This document shows positions 51,231 to 62,300 of a DNA stretch of 64,000 nucleotides, one piece after another; within the stretch, counting starts at the first letter, position 1, and every line of letters starts with the position of its first letter. The translations under genes were made by a program, and so were the position numbers. Under the pieces are notes generated by a model, which made no database searches, had not been told where the DNA came from, and saw only the letters and a program-made list of their open reading frames with translations. The stretch comes from Eledone cirrhosa (lineage: Eukaryota). The stretch spans positions 137,640,001 through 137,704,000 of the forward strand of contig OZ024743.1 in NCBI GenBank assembly GCA_964016885.1. Direction: 5' to 3'.

Positions 51231-54200
51231 TGCTAGGTGCTTGGTGTTTGGTGCTTGGTGCTTGGTGTTTGGTGCCTGGTGCTTGGTGTTTGGTGTTTGG
51301 TGTTTGGTGCTTTGTGCTTGGTGTTTGGTGTTTGCTGTTTGCTGTTTGGTGTTTGGTGTTTGGTGTTTGTTGTTTGGTGTTTGCTGTTTGGTGTTTGGTG
51401 TTTGCTTTTTGGTGTTTGGTGTTTGCTGTATGTTGTTTGCTGTTTGGTGTTTGGTGTTTGGTGTTTGGTGCTTGTTGCTTGGTGTTTGGTGCTTGGTGCT
51501 TGGTGTTTGGTTCCTGGTGCTTGGTGCTTGGTGCTTGGTGTTTGGTGTTTGGTGCTTGGTGCTTGGAGTTTTGTGTTTGGTGCTTGGTGCTTGGTGTTTT
51601 GTGTTTCGTGTTTGGTTTTTGGTGCTTGGTGCTTGGTGCTTGGTCCTTGGTGTTTGGTGTTTGGTGTTTGATGCTTGGTGTTTGGTGCTTGCTGTTTTGT
51701 GTTTGGTGCTTGGTGTTTGGTGCTTGGTGTTTGTACATGGTGCTTGGTGCTTGGTGTTTGGTTCTTGGTTCTTGGTGTTTGGTGTTTGGCAATTGGTGTT
51801 TGGTGCTTGGTGCTTGGTGTTTGGTCTTTGGTGCTTGGTGTTTGGTGCTTGGTGCTTGGTGTTTGGTGTTTGGTGCTTGGTGCTTGGTGTTTGGTGTTAT
51901 ATGCTTGGTGTTTGATGCTTGGTGCTTGGTGCTTGGTGTTTGGTGTTTGGTGTTTGTACTTGGTGCTTGTTGCTTGGTGCTTGGTGTTTGGTGCTTGGTG
52001 TTTGGTGCTTGGTGCTTGGTGCTTCGTGCTTGGTGCTTGGTGTTTGGTGGTTGGTGTTTGGTGCTTGGTGTTAGGTGTTTGGTGCTTGGTGCTTGGTGTT
52101 TGGTGTTTGGTGCTTGGTGTTTGGTGTTTGGTGCTTGGTGTTTGGTGCTTGGTACTTGGTGCTTGGTGCTTGGTGTTAGTTGTTGGGTGCTTGGTGTTTG
52201 GTGCTTGGTGTTTGGTGCTTCGTGCTTGGTGCTTGGTGCTTGGTGTTTGGTGGTTGGTGTTTGGTGCTTGGTGTTAGGTGTTTGGTGCTTGGTGCTTGGT
52301 GTTTGGTGTTTGGTGCTTGGTGTTTGGTGTTTGGTGCTTGGTGTTTGGTGCTTTTTGCTTGGTGCTTGGTGTTTGGTGTTTGGTGCTTGGTGTTTGGTGT
52401 TTGGAGCTTGGTGTTTGGTGCTTTTTGCTTGGTGCTTGGTGCTTGGTGTTTGGTGCTTGGTGCTTGGTGTTTGGTGCTGGGTGCTTGGTGTTTGGTGTTT
52501 GGTGTTATATGCTTGGTGTTTGATGCTTGGTGCTTGGTGCTTGGTGTTTGGTGTTTGGTGCTTGGTGTTTGATGCTTGGTGCTTGGTGCTTGGTGTTTGG
52601 TGCTTGGTGCTTGGTGTTTGGTGCTTGGTGCTTGGTGTTTGGTGCTAGGTGTTTGGTGCTTGGTGTTTGGTGCTTGGTGCTTGGTGCTTGGTGCTTGGTG
52701 TTTGGTGGTTGGTGCTTGGTGCTTGGTGTTTGGTTTTTGGTGCTTGGTGCTTGGTGTTTGGTGCTTGCTGCTGGCTGCTTGGTGTTTGGTGCTTGGTGAT
52801 TGGTGCCTGGTGTTTGGTGCTTGGTGTTTGGTGTTTGGTGCTAGGTGCTTGGTGTTTGGTGCTTGGTGCTTGGTGTTTGTACTTGGTGCTTGGTGCTTGG
52901 TTCTTGGTGTTTGGTGCTTGTTGCTTGGTGTTTGGTGTTTGGTGCTTGGTGTTTGGTGCTTGGTGTTTGGTGCTTGGTGCTTGGTGTTTGGTGCTTGGTG
53001 CTGGCTGCTTGGTGTTTGGTGCTTGGTGATTGGTGCCTGGTGTTTGGTGTTTGGTGTTTGGTGTTATATGCTTGGTGTTTGATGCTTGGTGCTTGGTGCT
53101 TAGTGTTTGGTGCTTGGTGTTTGATGCTTGGTGCTTGGTGCTTGGTGTTTGGTGCTTGGTGCTTGGTGTTTGTACTTGGTGCTTGGTGCTTGGTTCTTGG
53201 TGTTTGGTGCTTGTTGCTTGGTGTTTGGTGTTTGGTGCTTGGTGTTTGGTGCTTGGTGTTTGGTGCTTGGTGCTTGGTGTTTGGTGCTTGGTGCTGGGTG
53301 GTTGGTGTTTAGTGCTTGGTGTTTGGTGCTTGGTGCTTGGTGTTTGGTGCTTGGTGTTTGGTGTTTGGTGCTTGGTGCTTGGTGTTTGGTGCTTGGTGTT
53401 TAGTGTTTGGTGCTTGGTGCTTAGTGTTTGGTGCTAGGTGCTTGGTGTTTGGTGCTTGGTGCTTGGTGTTTGGTGCCTGGTGCTTGGTGTTTGGTGTTTG
53501 GTGTTTGGTGCTTGGTGCTTGGTGTTTGGTGTTTGCTGTTTGCTGTTTGGTGTTTGGTGTTTGGTGTTTGTTGTTTGGTGTTAGCTGTTTGGTGTTTGGT
53601 GTTTGCTTTTTGGTGTTTGGTGTTTGCTGTATGTTGTTTGCTGTTTGGTGTTTGGTGTTTGGTGTTTGGTGCTTGTTGCTTGGTGTTTGGTGCTTGGTGC
53701 TTGGTGTTTGGTTCCTGGTGCTTGGTGCTTGGTGCTTGGTGTTTGGTGTTTGGTGCTTGGTGCTTGGAGTTTTGTGTTTGGTGCTTGGTGCTTGGTGTTT
53801 TGTGTTTCGTGTTTGGTTTTTGGTGCTTGGTGCTTGGTGCTTGGTCCTTGGTGTTTGGTGCTGGGTGCTTTGTGTTTGGTGCTTGGTGCTTGGTGCTTGG
53901 TGTTTGGTGTTTGCTGCTTGGTGTTTGATGCTTGGTGCTTGGTGTTTTGTGTTTGGTGCTTGGTGTTTGGTGCTTGGTGCTTGGTGTTTGTACTTGGTGC
54001 TTGGTGCTTGGTGTTTGGTTCTTGGTTCTTGGTGTTTGGTGTTTGGTGGTTGGTGTTTGGTGCCTGGTGCTTGGTGCTTGGTGCTTGGTGTTTCGTGTTT
54101 GGTGCTTGGTGCTTGGAGTTTGGTGTTTGGTGCTTGGTGCTTGGTGTTTTGTGTTTGGTGCTTGGTGTTTGGTGTTTGGTGCTTGGTGTTTGGTGCTTGG

Positions 54201-57200
54201 TACTTGGTGCTTGGTGCTTGGTGTTAGGTGTTTGGTGCTTGGTGTTTGGTGCTTGGTGTTTGGTGCTTGGTGCTTGGTGCTTGGTGCTTGGTGTTTGGTG
54301 GTTGGTGTTTGGTGCTTGGTGTTAGGTGTTTGGTGCTTGGTGCTTGGTGTTTGGTGTTTGGTGCTTGGTGTTTGGTGTTTGGTGCTTGGTGTTTGGTGCT
54401 TTTTGCTTGGTGCTTGGTGCTTGGTGTTTGGTGCTTGGTTCTTGGTGTTTGGTGCTTGGTGCTTGGTGTTTGGTGTTATATGCTTGGTGTTTGATGCTTG
54501 GTGCTTGGTGCTTGGTATTTGGTGTTTGGTGTTTGTACTTGGTGCTTGGTGCTTGGTGCTTGGTGTTTGGTGCTTGGTGTTTGGTTCTTGGTGCTTGGTG
54601 CTTGGTGCTTGGTGCTTGGTGTTTGGTGGTTGGTGTTTGGTGCTTGGTGTTAGGTGTTTGGTGCTTGGTGCTTGGTGTTTGGTGTTTGGTGCTTGGTGTT
54701 TGGTGTTTGGTGCTTGGTGTTTGGTGCTTGGTACTTGGTGCTTGGTGCTTGGTGTTAGGTGTTTGGTGCTTGGTGTTTGGTGCTTGGTGTTTGGTGCTTG
54801 GTGGTTGGTGCTAGGTGCTTGGTGTTTGGTGCTTGGTGCTTGGTGTTTGGTGCCTGGTGCTTGGTGTTTGGTGTTTGGTGTTTGGTGCTTTGTGCTTGGT
54901 GTTTGGTGTTTGCTGTTTGCTGTTTGGTGTTTGGTGTTTGGTGTTTGTTGTTTGGTGTTTGCTGTTTGGTGCTTGGTGTTTGCTTTTTGGTGTTTGGTGT
55001 TTGCTGTATGTTGTTTGCTGTTTGGTGTTTGGTGTTTGGTGTTTGGTGCTTGTTGCTTGGTGTTTGGTGCTTGGTGCTTGGTGTTTGGTTCCTGGTGCTT
55101 GGTGCTTGGTGCTTGGTGTTTGGTGTTTGGTGCTTGGTGCTTGGAGTTTTGTGTTTGGTGCTTGGTGCTTGGTGTTTTGTGTTTCGTGTTTGGTTTTTGG
55201 TGCTTGGTGCTTGGTGCTTGGTCCTTGGTGTTTGGTGTTTGGTGTTTGATGCTTGGTGTTTGGTGCTTGGTGTTTTGTGTTTGGTGCTTGGTGTTTGGTG
55301 CTTGGTGTTTGTACATGGTGCTTGGTGCTTGGTGTTTGGTTCTTGGTTCTTGGTGTTTGGTGTTTGGCGATTGGTGTTTGGTGCTTGGTGCTTGGTGTTT
55401 GGTCTTTGGTGCTTGGTGTTTGGTGCTTGGTGCTTGGTGTTTGGTGTTTGGTGCTTGGTGCTTGGTGTTTGGTGTTATATGCTTGGTGTTTGATGCTTGG
55501 TGCTTGGTGCTTCGTGTTTGGTGTTTGGTGTTTGTACTTGGTGCTTGTTGCTTGGTGCTTGGTGTTTGGTGCTTGGTGTTTGGTGCTTGGTGCTTGGTGC
55601 TTCGTGCTTGGTGCTTGGTGTTTGGTGGTTGGTGTTTGGTGCTTGGTGTTAGGTGTTTGGTGCTTGGTGCTTGGTGTTTGGTGTTTGGTGCTTGGTGTTT
55701 GGTGTTTGGTGCTTGGTGTTTGGTGCTTGGTACTTGGTGCTTGGTGCTTGGTGTTAGTTGTTGGGTGCTTGGTGTTTGGTGCTTGGTGTTTGGTGCTTCG
55801 TGCTTGGTGCTTGGTGCTTGGTGTTTGGTGGTTGGTGTTTGGTGCTTGGTGTTAGGTGTTTGGTGCTTGGTGCTTGGTGTTTGGTGTTTGGTGCTTGGTG
55901 TTTGGTGTTTGGTGCTTGGTGTTTGGTGCTTTTTGCTTGGTGCTTGGTGTTTGGTGTTTGGTGCTTGGTGTTTGGTGTTTGGAGCTTGGTGTTTGGTGCT
56001 TTTTGCTTGGTGCTTGGTGCTTGGTGTTTGGTGCTTGGTGCTTGGTGTTTGGTGCTGGGTGCTTGGTGTTTGGTGTTTGGTGTTATATGCTTGGTGTTTG
56101 ATGCTTGGTGCTTGGTGCTTGGTGTTTAGTGTTTGGTGCTTGGTGTTTGATGCTTGGTGCTTGGTGCTTGGTGTTTGGTGCTTGGTGCTTGGTGTTTGGT
56201 GCTTGGTGCTTGGTGTTTGGTGCTAGGTGTTTGGTGCTTGGTGTTTGGTGCTTGGTGCTTGGTGCTTGGTGCTTGGTGTTTGGTGGTTGGTGCTTGGTGC
56301 TTGGTGTTTGGTTTTTGGTGCTTGGTGCTTGGTGTTTGGTGCTTGCTGCTGGCTGCTTGGTGTTTGGTGCTTGGTGATTGGTGCCTGGTGTTTGGTGCTT
56401 GGTGTTTGGTGTTTGGTGCTAGGTGCTTGGTGTTTGGTGCTTGGTGCTTGGTGTTTGTACTTGGTGCTTGGTGCTTGGTTCTTGGTGTTTGGTGCTTGTT
56501 GCTTGGTGTTTGGTGTTTGGTGCTTGGTGTTTGGTGCTTGGTGTTTGGTGCTTGGTGCTTGGTGTTTGGTGCTTGGTGCTGGCTGCTTGGTGTTTGGTGC
56601 TTGGTGATTGGTGCCTGGTGTTTGGTGTTTGGTGTTTGGTGTTATATGCTTGGTGTTTGATGCTTGGTGCTTGGTGCTTAGTGTTTGGTGCTTGGTGTTT
56701 GATGCTTGGTGCTTGGTGCTTGGTGTTTGGTGCTTGGTGCTTGGTGTTTGTACTTGGTGCTTGGTGCTTGGTTCTTGGTGTTTGGTGCTTGTTGCTTGGT
56801 GTTTGGTGTTTGGTGCTTGGTGTTTGGTGCTTGGTGTTTGGTGCTTGGTGCTTGGTGTTTGGTGCTTGGTGCTGGGTGGTTGGTGTTTAGTGCTTGGTGT
56901 TTGGTGCTTGGTGCTTGGTGTTTGGTGCTTGGTGTTTGGTGTTTGGTGCTTGGTGCTTGGTGTTTGGTGCTTGGTGTTTAGTGTTTGGTGCTTGGTGCTT
57001 AGTGTTTGGTGCTAGGTGCTTGGTGTTTGGTGCTTGGTGCTTGGTGTTTGGTGCCTGGTGCTTGGTGTTTGGTGTTTGGTGTTTGGTGCTTGGTGCTTGG
57101 TGTTTGGTGTTTGCTGTTTGCTGTTTGGTGTTTGGTGTTTGGTGTTTGTTGTTTGGTGTTAGCTGTTTGGTGTTTGGTGTTTGCTTTTTGGTGTTTGGTG

Positions 57201-58390
57201 TTTGCTGTATGTTGTTTGCTGTTTGGTGTTTGGTGTTTGGTGTTTGGTGCTTGTTGCTTGGTGTTTGGTGCTTGGTGCTTGGTGTTTGGTTCCTGGTGCT
57301 TGGTGCTTGGTGCTTGGTGTTTGGTGTTTGGTGCTTGGTGCTTGGAGTTTTGTGTTTGGTGCTTGGTGCTTGGTGTTTTGTGTTTCGTGTTTGGTTTTTG
57401 GTGCTTGGTGCTTGGTGCTTGGTCCTTGGTGTTTGGTGCTGGGTGCTTTGTGTTTGGTGCTTGGTGCTTGGTGCTTGGTGTTTGGTGTTTGCTGCTTGGT
57501 GTTTGATGCTTGGTGCTTGGTGTTTTGTGTTTGGTGCTTGGTGTTTGGTGCTTGGTGCTTGGTGTTTGTACTTGGTGCTTGGTGCTTGGTGTTTGGTTCT
57601 TGGTTCTTGGTGTTTGGTGTTTGGTGGTTGGTGTTTGGTGCCTGGTGCTTGGTGCTTGGTGCTTGGTGTTTCGTGTTTGGTGCTTGGTGCTTGGAGTTTG
57701 GTGTTTGGTGCTTGGTGCTTGGTGTTTTGTGTTTGGTGCTTGGTGTTTGGTGTTTGGTGCTTGGTGTTTGGTGCTTGGTACTTGGTGCTTGGTGCTTGGT
57801 GTTAGGTGTTTGGTGCTTGGTGTTTGGTGCTTGGTGTTTGGTGCTTGGTGCTTGGTGCTTGGTGCTTGGTGTTTGGTGGTTGGTGTTTGGTGCTTGGTGT
57901 TAGGTGTTTGGTGCTTGGTGCTTGGTGTTTGGTGTTTGGTGCTTGGTGTTTGGTGTTTGGTGCTTGGTGTTTGGTGCTTTTTGCTTGGTGCTTGGTGCTT
58001 GGTGTTTGGTGCTTGGTTCTTGGTGTTTGGTGCTTGGTGCTTGGTGTTTGGTGTTATATGCTTGGTGTTTGATGCTTGGTGCTTGGTGCTTGGTATTTGG
58101 TGTTTGGTGTTTGTACTTGGTGCTTGGTGCTTGGTGCTTGGTGTTTGGTGCTTGGTGTTTGGTTCTTGGTGCTTGGTGCTTGGTGCTTGGTGCTTGGTGT
58201 TTGTTGGTTGGTGTTTGGTGCTTGGTGTTAGGTGTTTGTTGCTTGGTGCTTGGTGTTTGGTGTTTGGTGCTTGGTGTTTGGTGTTTGGTGCTTGGTGTTT
58301 GGTGCTTGGTACTTGGTGCTTGGTGCTTGGTGTTAGGTGTTTGGTGCTTGGTGTTTGGTGCTTGGTGTTTGGTGCTTGGTGGTTGGTGCT
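51230..58390 (+). repeat. Near-perfect tandem duplication, unit 3578 bp
   Basis: ORF pairs 51237/54815, 52278/55856, 52576/56154, 53316/56894, 53603/57181 and 54228/57806 are all offset 3578. The private variants GTACATGG, GTTAGTTGTTGGG and GTTAGCTG each occur once per copy. Confidence 0.94.
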
Positions 58391-59349
58391 TGGTGCTTGG
58401 TGTTTGGTGGTTGGTGTTTGGTGCTTGGTGTTAGGTGTTTGGCGCTTGGTGCTTGGTGTTTGGTGTTTGGTGCTTGGTGTTTGGTGTTTGGTGCTTGGTG
58501 TTTGGTGCTTTTTGCTTGGTGCTTGGTGCTTGGTGTTTGGTGCTTGGTTCTTGGTGTTTGGTGCTGGGTGCTTGGTGTTTGGTGTTTGGTGTTATATGCT
58601 TGGTGTTTGATGCTTGGTGCTTGGTGCTTGGTGTTTGGTGTTTGGTGCTTGGTGTTTGATGCTTGGTGCTTGGTGCTTGGTGTTTGGTGCTTGGTGCTTG
58701 GTGTTTGGTGCTTGGTGCTTGGTGTTTGGTGTTTGGTGCTTGGTGTTTGGTGCTTGGTGCTTGGTGCTTGGTGCTTGGTGTTTGGTGGTTGGTGCTTGGT
58801 GCTTGGTGTTAGGTGTTTGGTGCTTGGTGCTTGGTGTTTGGTGTTTGGTGCTTGGTGTTTGGTGTTTGGTGCTTGGTGTTTGGTGCTTGGTACTTGGTGC
58901 TTGGTGCTTGGTGTTAGGTGTTTGGTGCTTGGTGTTTGGTGTCTGGTTTTTGGTGCTTGGTGCTTGGTGTTTGGTGCTTGCTGCTGGCTGCTTGGTGTTT
59001 GGTGCCTCGTGATTGGTGCTTGGTGTTTGGTGCTTGGTGTTTTGTGTTTGGTGCTTGGTATTTGGTGCTTGGTGCTTGGTGTTTGTACTTGGTGCTTGGT
59101 GCTTGGTGTTTGGTTCTTGGTTCTTGGTGTTTGGTGTTTGGCGATTGGTGTTTGGTGCTTGGTGCTTGGTGTTTGGTGCCTGGTGCTTGGTGCTTGGTGC
59201 TTGGTGTTTCGTGTTTGGTGCTTGGTGCTTGGAGTTTGGTGTTTGGTGCTTGGTGCTTGGTGTTTTGTGTTTGGTGCTTGGTGTTTGATGCTTGGTGCTT
59301 GGTGCTTGGTGTTTTGTGTTTGGTGCTTGGTTCTTGGTGGTTGGTGCTT

Positions 59350-62300
59350 GGTGCTTGGTGCTTGGTGTTTGTACTTGGTGCTTGGTGCTTGGTGTTTGGT
59401 TCTTGGTTCTTGGTGTTTGGTACTTGGTGCTTGGTGCTTGGTGCTTGATGTTTGGTGTTTGGTGGTTGGTGTTTGGTGCTTGGTGCTTGGTGCTTGGTGT
59501 TAGGTGTTTGGTGCTTGGTCCTTGGTGTTTGGTGCTTGGTGTTTGGTGTTTGCTGTCTGCTTTTTGGTGTTTAGTGTTTGCTGTATAGTGTTTGGTGTTT
59601 GCTGTTTGGTGTTTGGTCTTTGGTGCTTGGTGTTTGGTGCTTGGTGCTTGGTGTTTGGTGTTTGGTGCTTGGTGCTTGGTGTTTGGTGTTATATGCTTGG
59701 TGTTTGATGCTTGGTGCTTTGTGCTTGGTGTTTGGTGTTTGGTGTTTGTACTTGGTGCTTGGTGCTTGGTGCTTGGTGTTTGGTGCTTGGTGTTTGGTGC
59801 TTGGTGCTTGGTGCTTGGTGCTTGGTGCTTGGTGTTTGGTGGTTGGTGTTTGGTGCTTGGTGTTAGGTGTTTGGTGCTTGGTGCTTGGTGTTTGGTGTTT
59901 GGTGCTTGGTGTTTGGTGTTTGGTGCTTGGTGTTTGGTGCTTGGTACTTGGTGCTTGGTGCTTGGTGTTAGGTGTTTGGTGCTTGGTGTTTGGTGCTTGG
60001 TGTTTGGTGCTTGGTGCTTGGTGCTTGGTGCTTGGTGTTTGGTGGTTGGTGTTTAGTGCTTGGTGTTAGTTGTTTGGTGCTTGGTGCTTGGTGTTTGGTG
60101 TTTGGTGCTTGGTGTTTGGTGTTTGGTGCTTGGTGTTTGGTGCTTTTTGCTTGGTGCTTGGTGCTTGGTGTTTGGTGCTTGGTGCTTGGTGTTTGGTGCT
60201 GGGTGCTTGGTGTTTGGTGTTTGGTTTTATATGCTTGGTGTTTGATGCTTGGTGCTTGGTGTTTGGTGTTTGGTGCTTGGTGTTTGATGCTTGGTGCTTG
60301 GTGCTTGGTGTTTGGTGCTTGGTGCTTGGTGTTTGGTGCTTGGTGCTTGGTGTTTGGTGCTTGGTGTTTGGTGCTTGATGTTTGGTGCTTGGTGCTTGGT
60401 GCTTGGTGCTTGGTGTTTGGTCGTTGGTGCTTGGTGCTTGGTGTTAGGTGTTTGGTGCTTGGTGCTTGGTGTTTGGTGTTTGGTGCTTGGTGTTTGGTGT
60501 TTGGTGCTTGCTGCTGGCTGCTTGGTGTTTGGTGCTTGGTGATTGGTGCTTGGTGTTTGGTGCTTGGTGTTTGGTGTTTGGTGCTAGGTGCTTGGTGTTT
60601 GGTGCTTGGTGCTTGGTGTTTGTACTTGGTGCTTGGTGCTTGGTTCCTGGTGTTTGGTGCTTGGTGCTTGGTGTTTGGTGCTTGGTGCTTGGTGTTTGGT
60701 GCTTGGTGTTTGGTGCTTGGTGTTTGGTGCTTGGTTCTTGGTGCTTGGTGTTTGGTGCTTGGTGTTTGGTGCTTGGTGTTGGGTGTTTGGTGCTTGGTGT
60801 TTGGTGCTTGGTACTTGGTGCTTGGTGCTTGGTGTTAGGTGTTTGGTGCTTGGTGTTTGGAGTCTGGTTTTTGGTGCTTGGTGCTTGGTGTTTGGTGCTT
60901 GCTGCTGGCTGCTTGGTGTTTGGTGCTTGGTGATTGGTGCTTGGTGTTTGGTGCTTGGTGTTTGGTGTTTGGTGCTAGATGCTTGGTGTTTGGTGCTTGG
61001 TGCTTGGTGTTTGTACTTGGTGCTTGGTGCTTGGTTCTTGGTGTTTGGTGCTTGGTGCTTGGTGTTTGGTGCTTGGTGCTTGGTGTTTGGTGCTTGGTGT
61101 TTGGTGCTTGGTGCTTGGTGCTTGGTGTTTGTACTTGGTGCTTGGTGCTTGGTGTTTGGTTCTTGGTTCTTGGTGTTTGGTACTTGGTGCTTGGTGCTTG
61201 GTGCTTGATGTTTGGTGTTTGGTGGTTGGTGTTTGGTGCTTGGTGCTTGGTGCTTGGTGTTAGGTGTTTGGTGCTTGGTCCTTGGTGTTTGGTGCTTGGT
61301 GTTTGGTGTTTGCTGTCTGCTTTTTGGTGTTTAGTGTTTGCTGTATGGTGTTTGGTGTTTGCTGTTTGGTGTTTGGTCTTTGGTGCTTGGTGTTTGGTGC
61401 TTGGTGCTTGGTGTTTGGTGTTTGGTGCTTGGTGCTTGGTGTTTGGTGTTATATGCTTGGTGTTTGATGCTTGGTGCTTGGTGCTTGGTGTTTGGTGTTT
61501 GGTGTTTGTACTTGGTGCTTGGTGCTTGGTGCTTGGTGTTTGGTGCATGGTGTTTGGTGCTTGGTGCTTGGTGCTTGGTGCTTGGTGCTTGGTGTTTGGT
61601 GGTTGGTGTTTGGTGCTTGGTGTTAGGTGTTTGGTGCTTGGTGCTTGGTGTTTGGTGTTTGGTGCTTGGTGTTTGGTGTTTGGTGCTTGGTGTTTGGTGC
61701 TTGGTACTTGGTGCTTGGTGCTTGGTGTTAGGTGTTTGGTGCTTGGTGTTTGGTGCTTGGTGTTTGGTGCTTGGTGCTTAGTGCTTGGTGCTTGGTGCTT
61801 GGTGTTTGGTGTTTGGTGATTGGTGTTTGGTGTTTGGTGCTTGGTGTTTGGTGCTTTTTGCTTGGTGCTTGGTGCTTGGTGTTTGGTGCTTGGTTCTTGG
61901 TGTTGGGTGCTGGGTGCTCGGTGTTTGGTGTTTGGTGTTATATGCTTGGTGTTTGATGCTTGGTGCTTGGTGCTTGGTGTTTGGTGTTTGGTGCTTAGTG
62001 TTTGATGCTTGGTGCTTGGTGCTTGGTGTTTGGTGCTTGGTGCTTGGTGTTTGGTGCTTGGTGCTTGGTGTTTGGTGTTTGGTGCTTGGTGTTTGGTGCT
62101 TGGTGCTTGGTGCTTGGTGCTTGGTCTTTGGAGGTTGGTGCTTGGTGCTTGGTGTTAGGTGTTTGGTGCTTGGTGCTTGGTGTTTGGTGTTTGGTGCTTG
62201 GTGTTTGGTGTTTGGTGCTTGGTGTTTGGTGCTTGGTACTTGGTGCTTGGTGCTTGGTGTTAGGTGTTTGGTGCTTGGTGTTTGGTGTCTGGTTTTTGGT

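Noticed and set aside
51230-54808. Unit length of exactly 512 (2^9) monomers suggesting successive doublings
   Set aside because: No internal 256- or 128-monomer periodicity is evident, and other units are 273, 451, 457 and 467 monomers. This is most likely coincidence.
53421-55316. Long - strand ORFs with HQ(T/A)P(N/S)TK repeats resembling mucin, adhesin or heptad-repeat proteins (also 19362..20813 and 3836..4846)
   Set aside because: The - strand is nearly devoid of T, so stop codons are rare by composition. The ATGs come from sporadic CAT variants. There is no signal peptide, non-repetitive terminus or splice structure.
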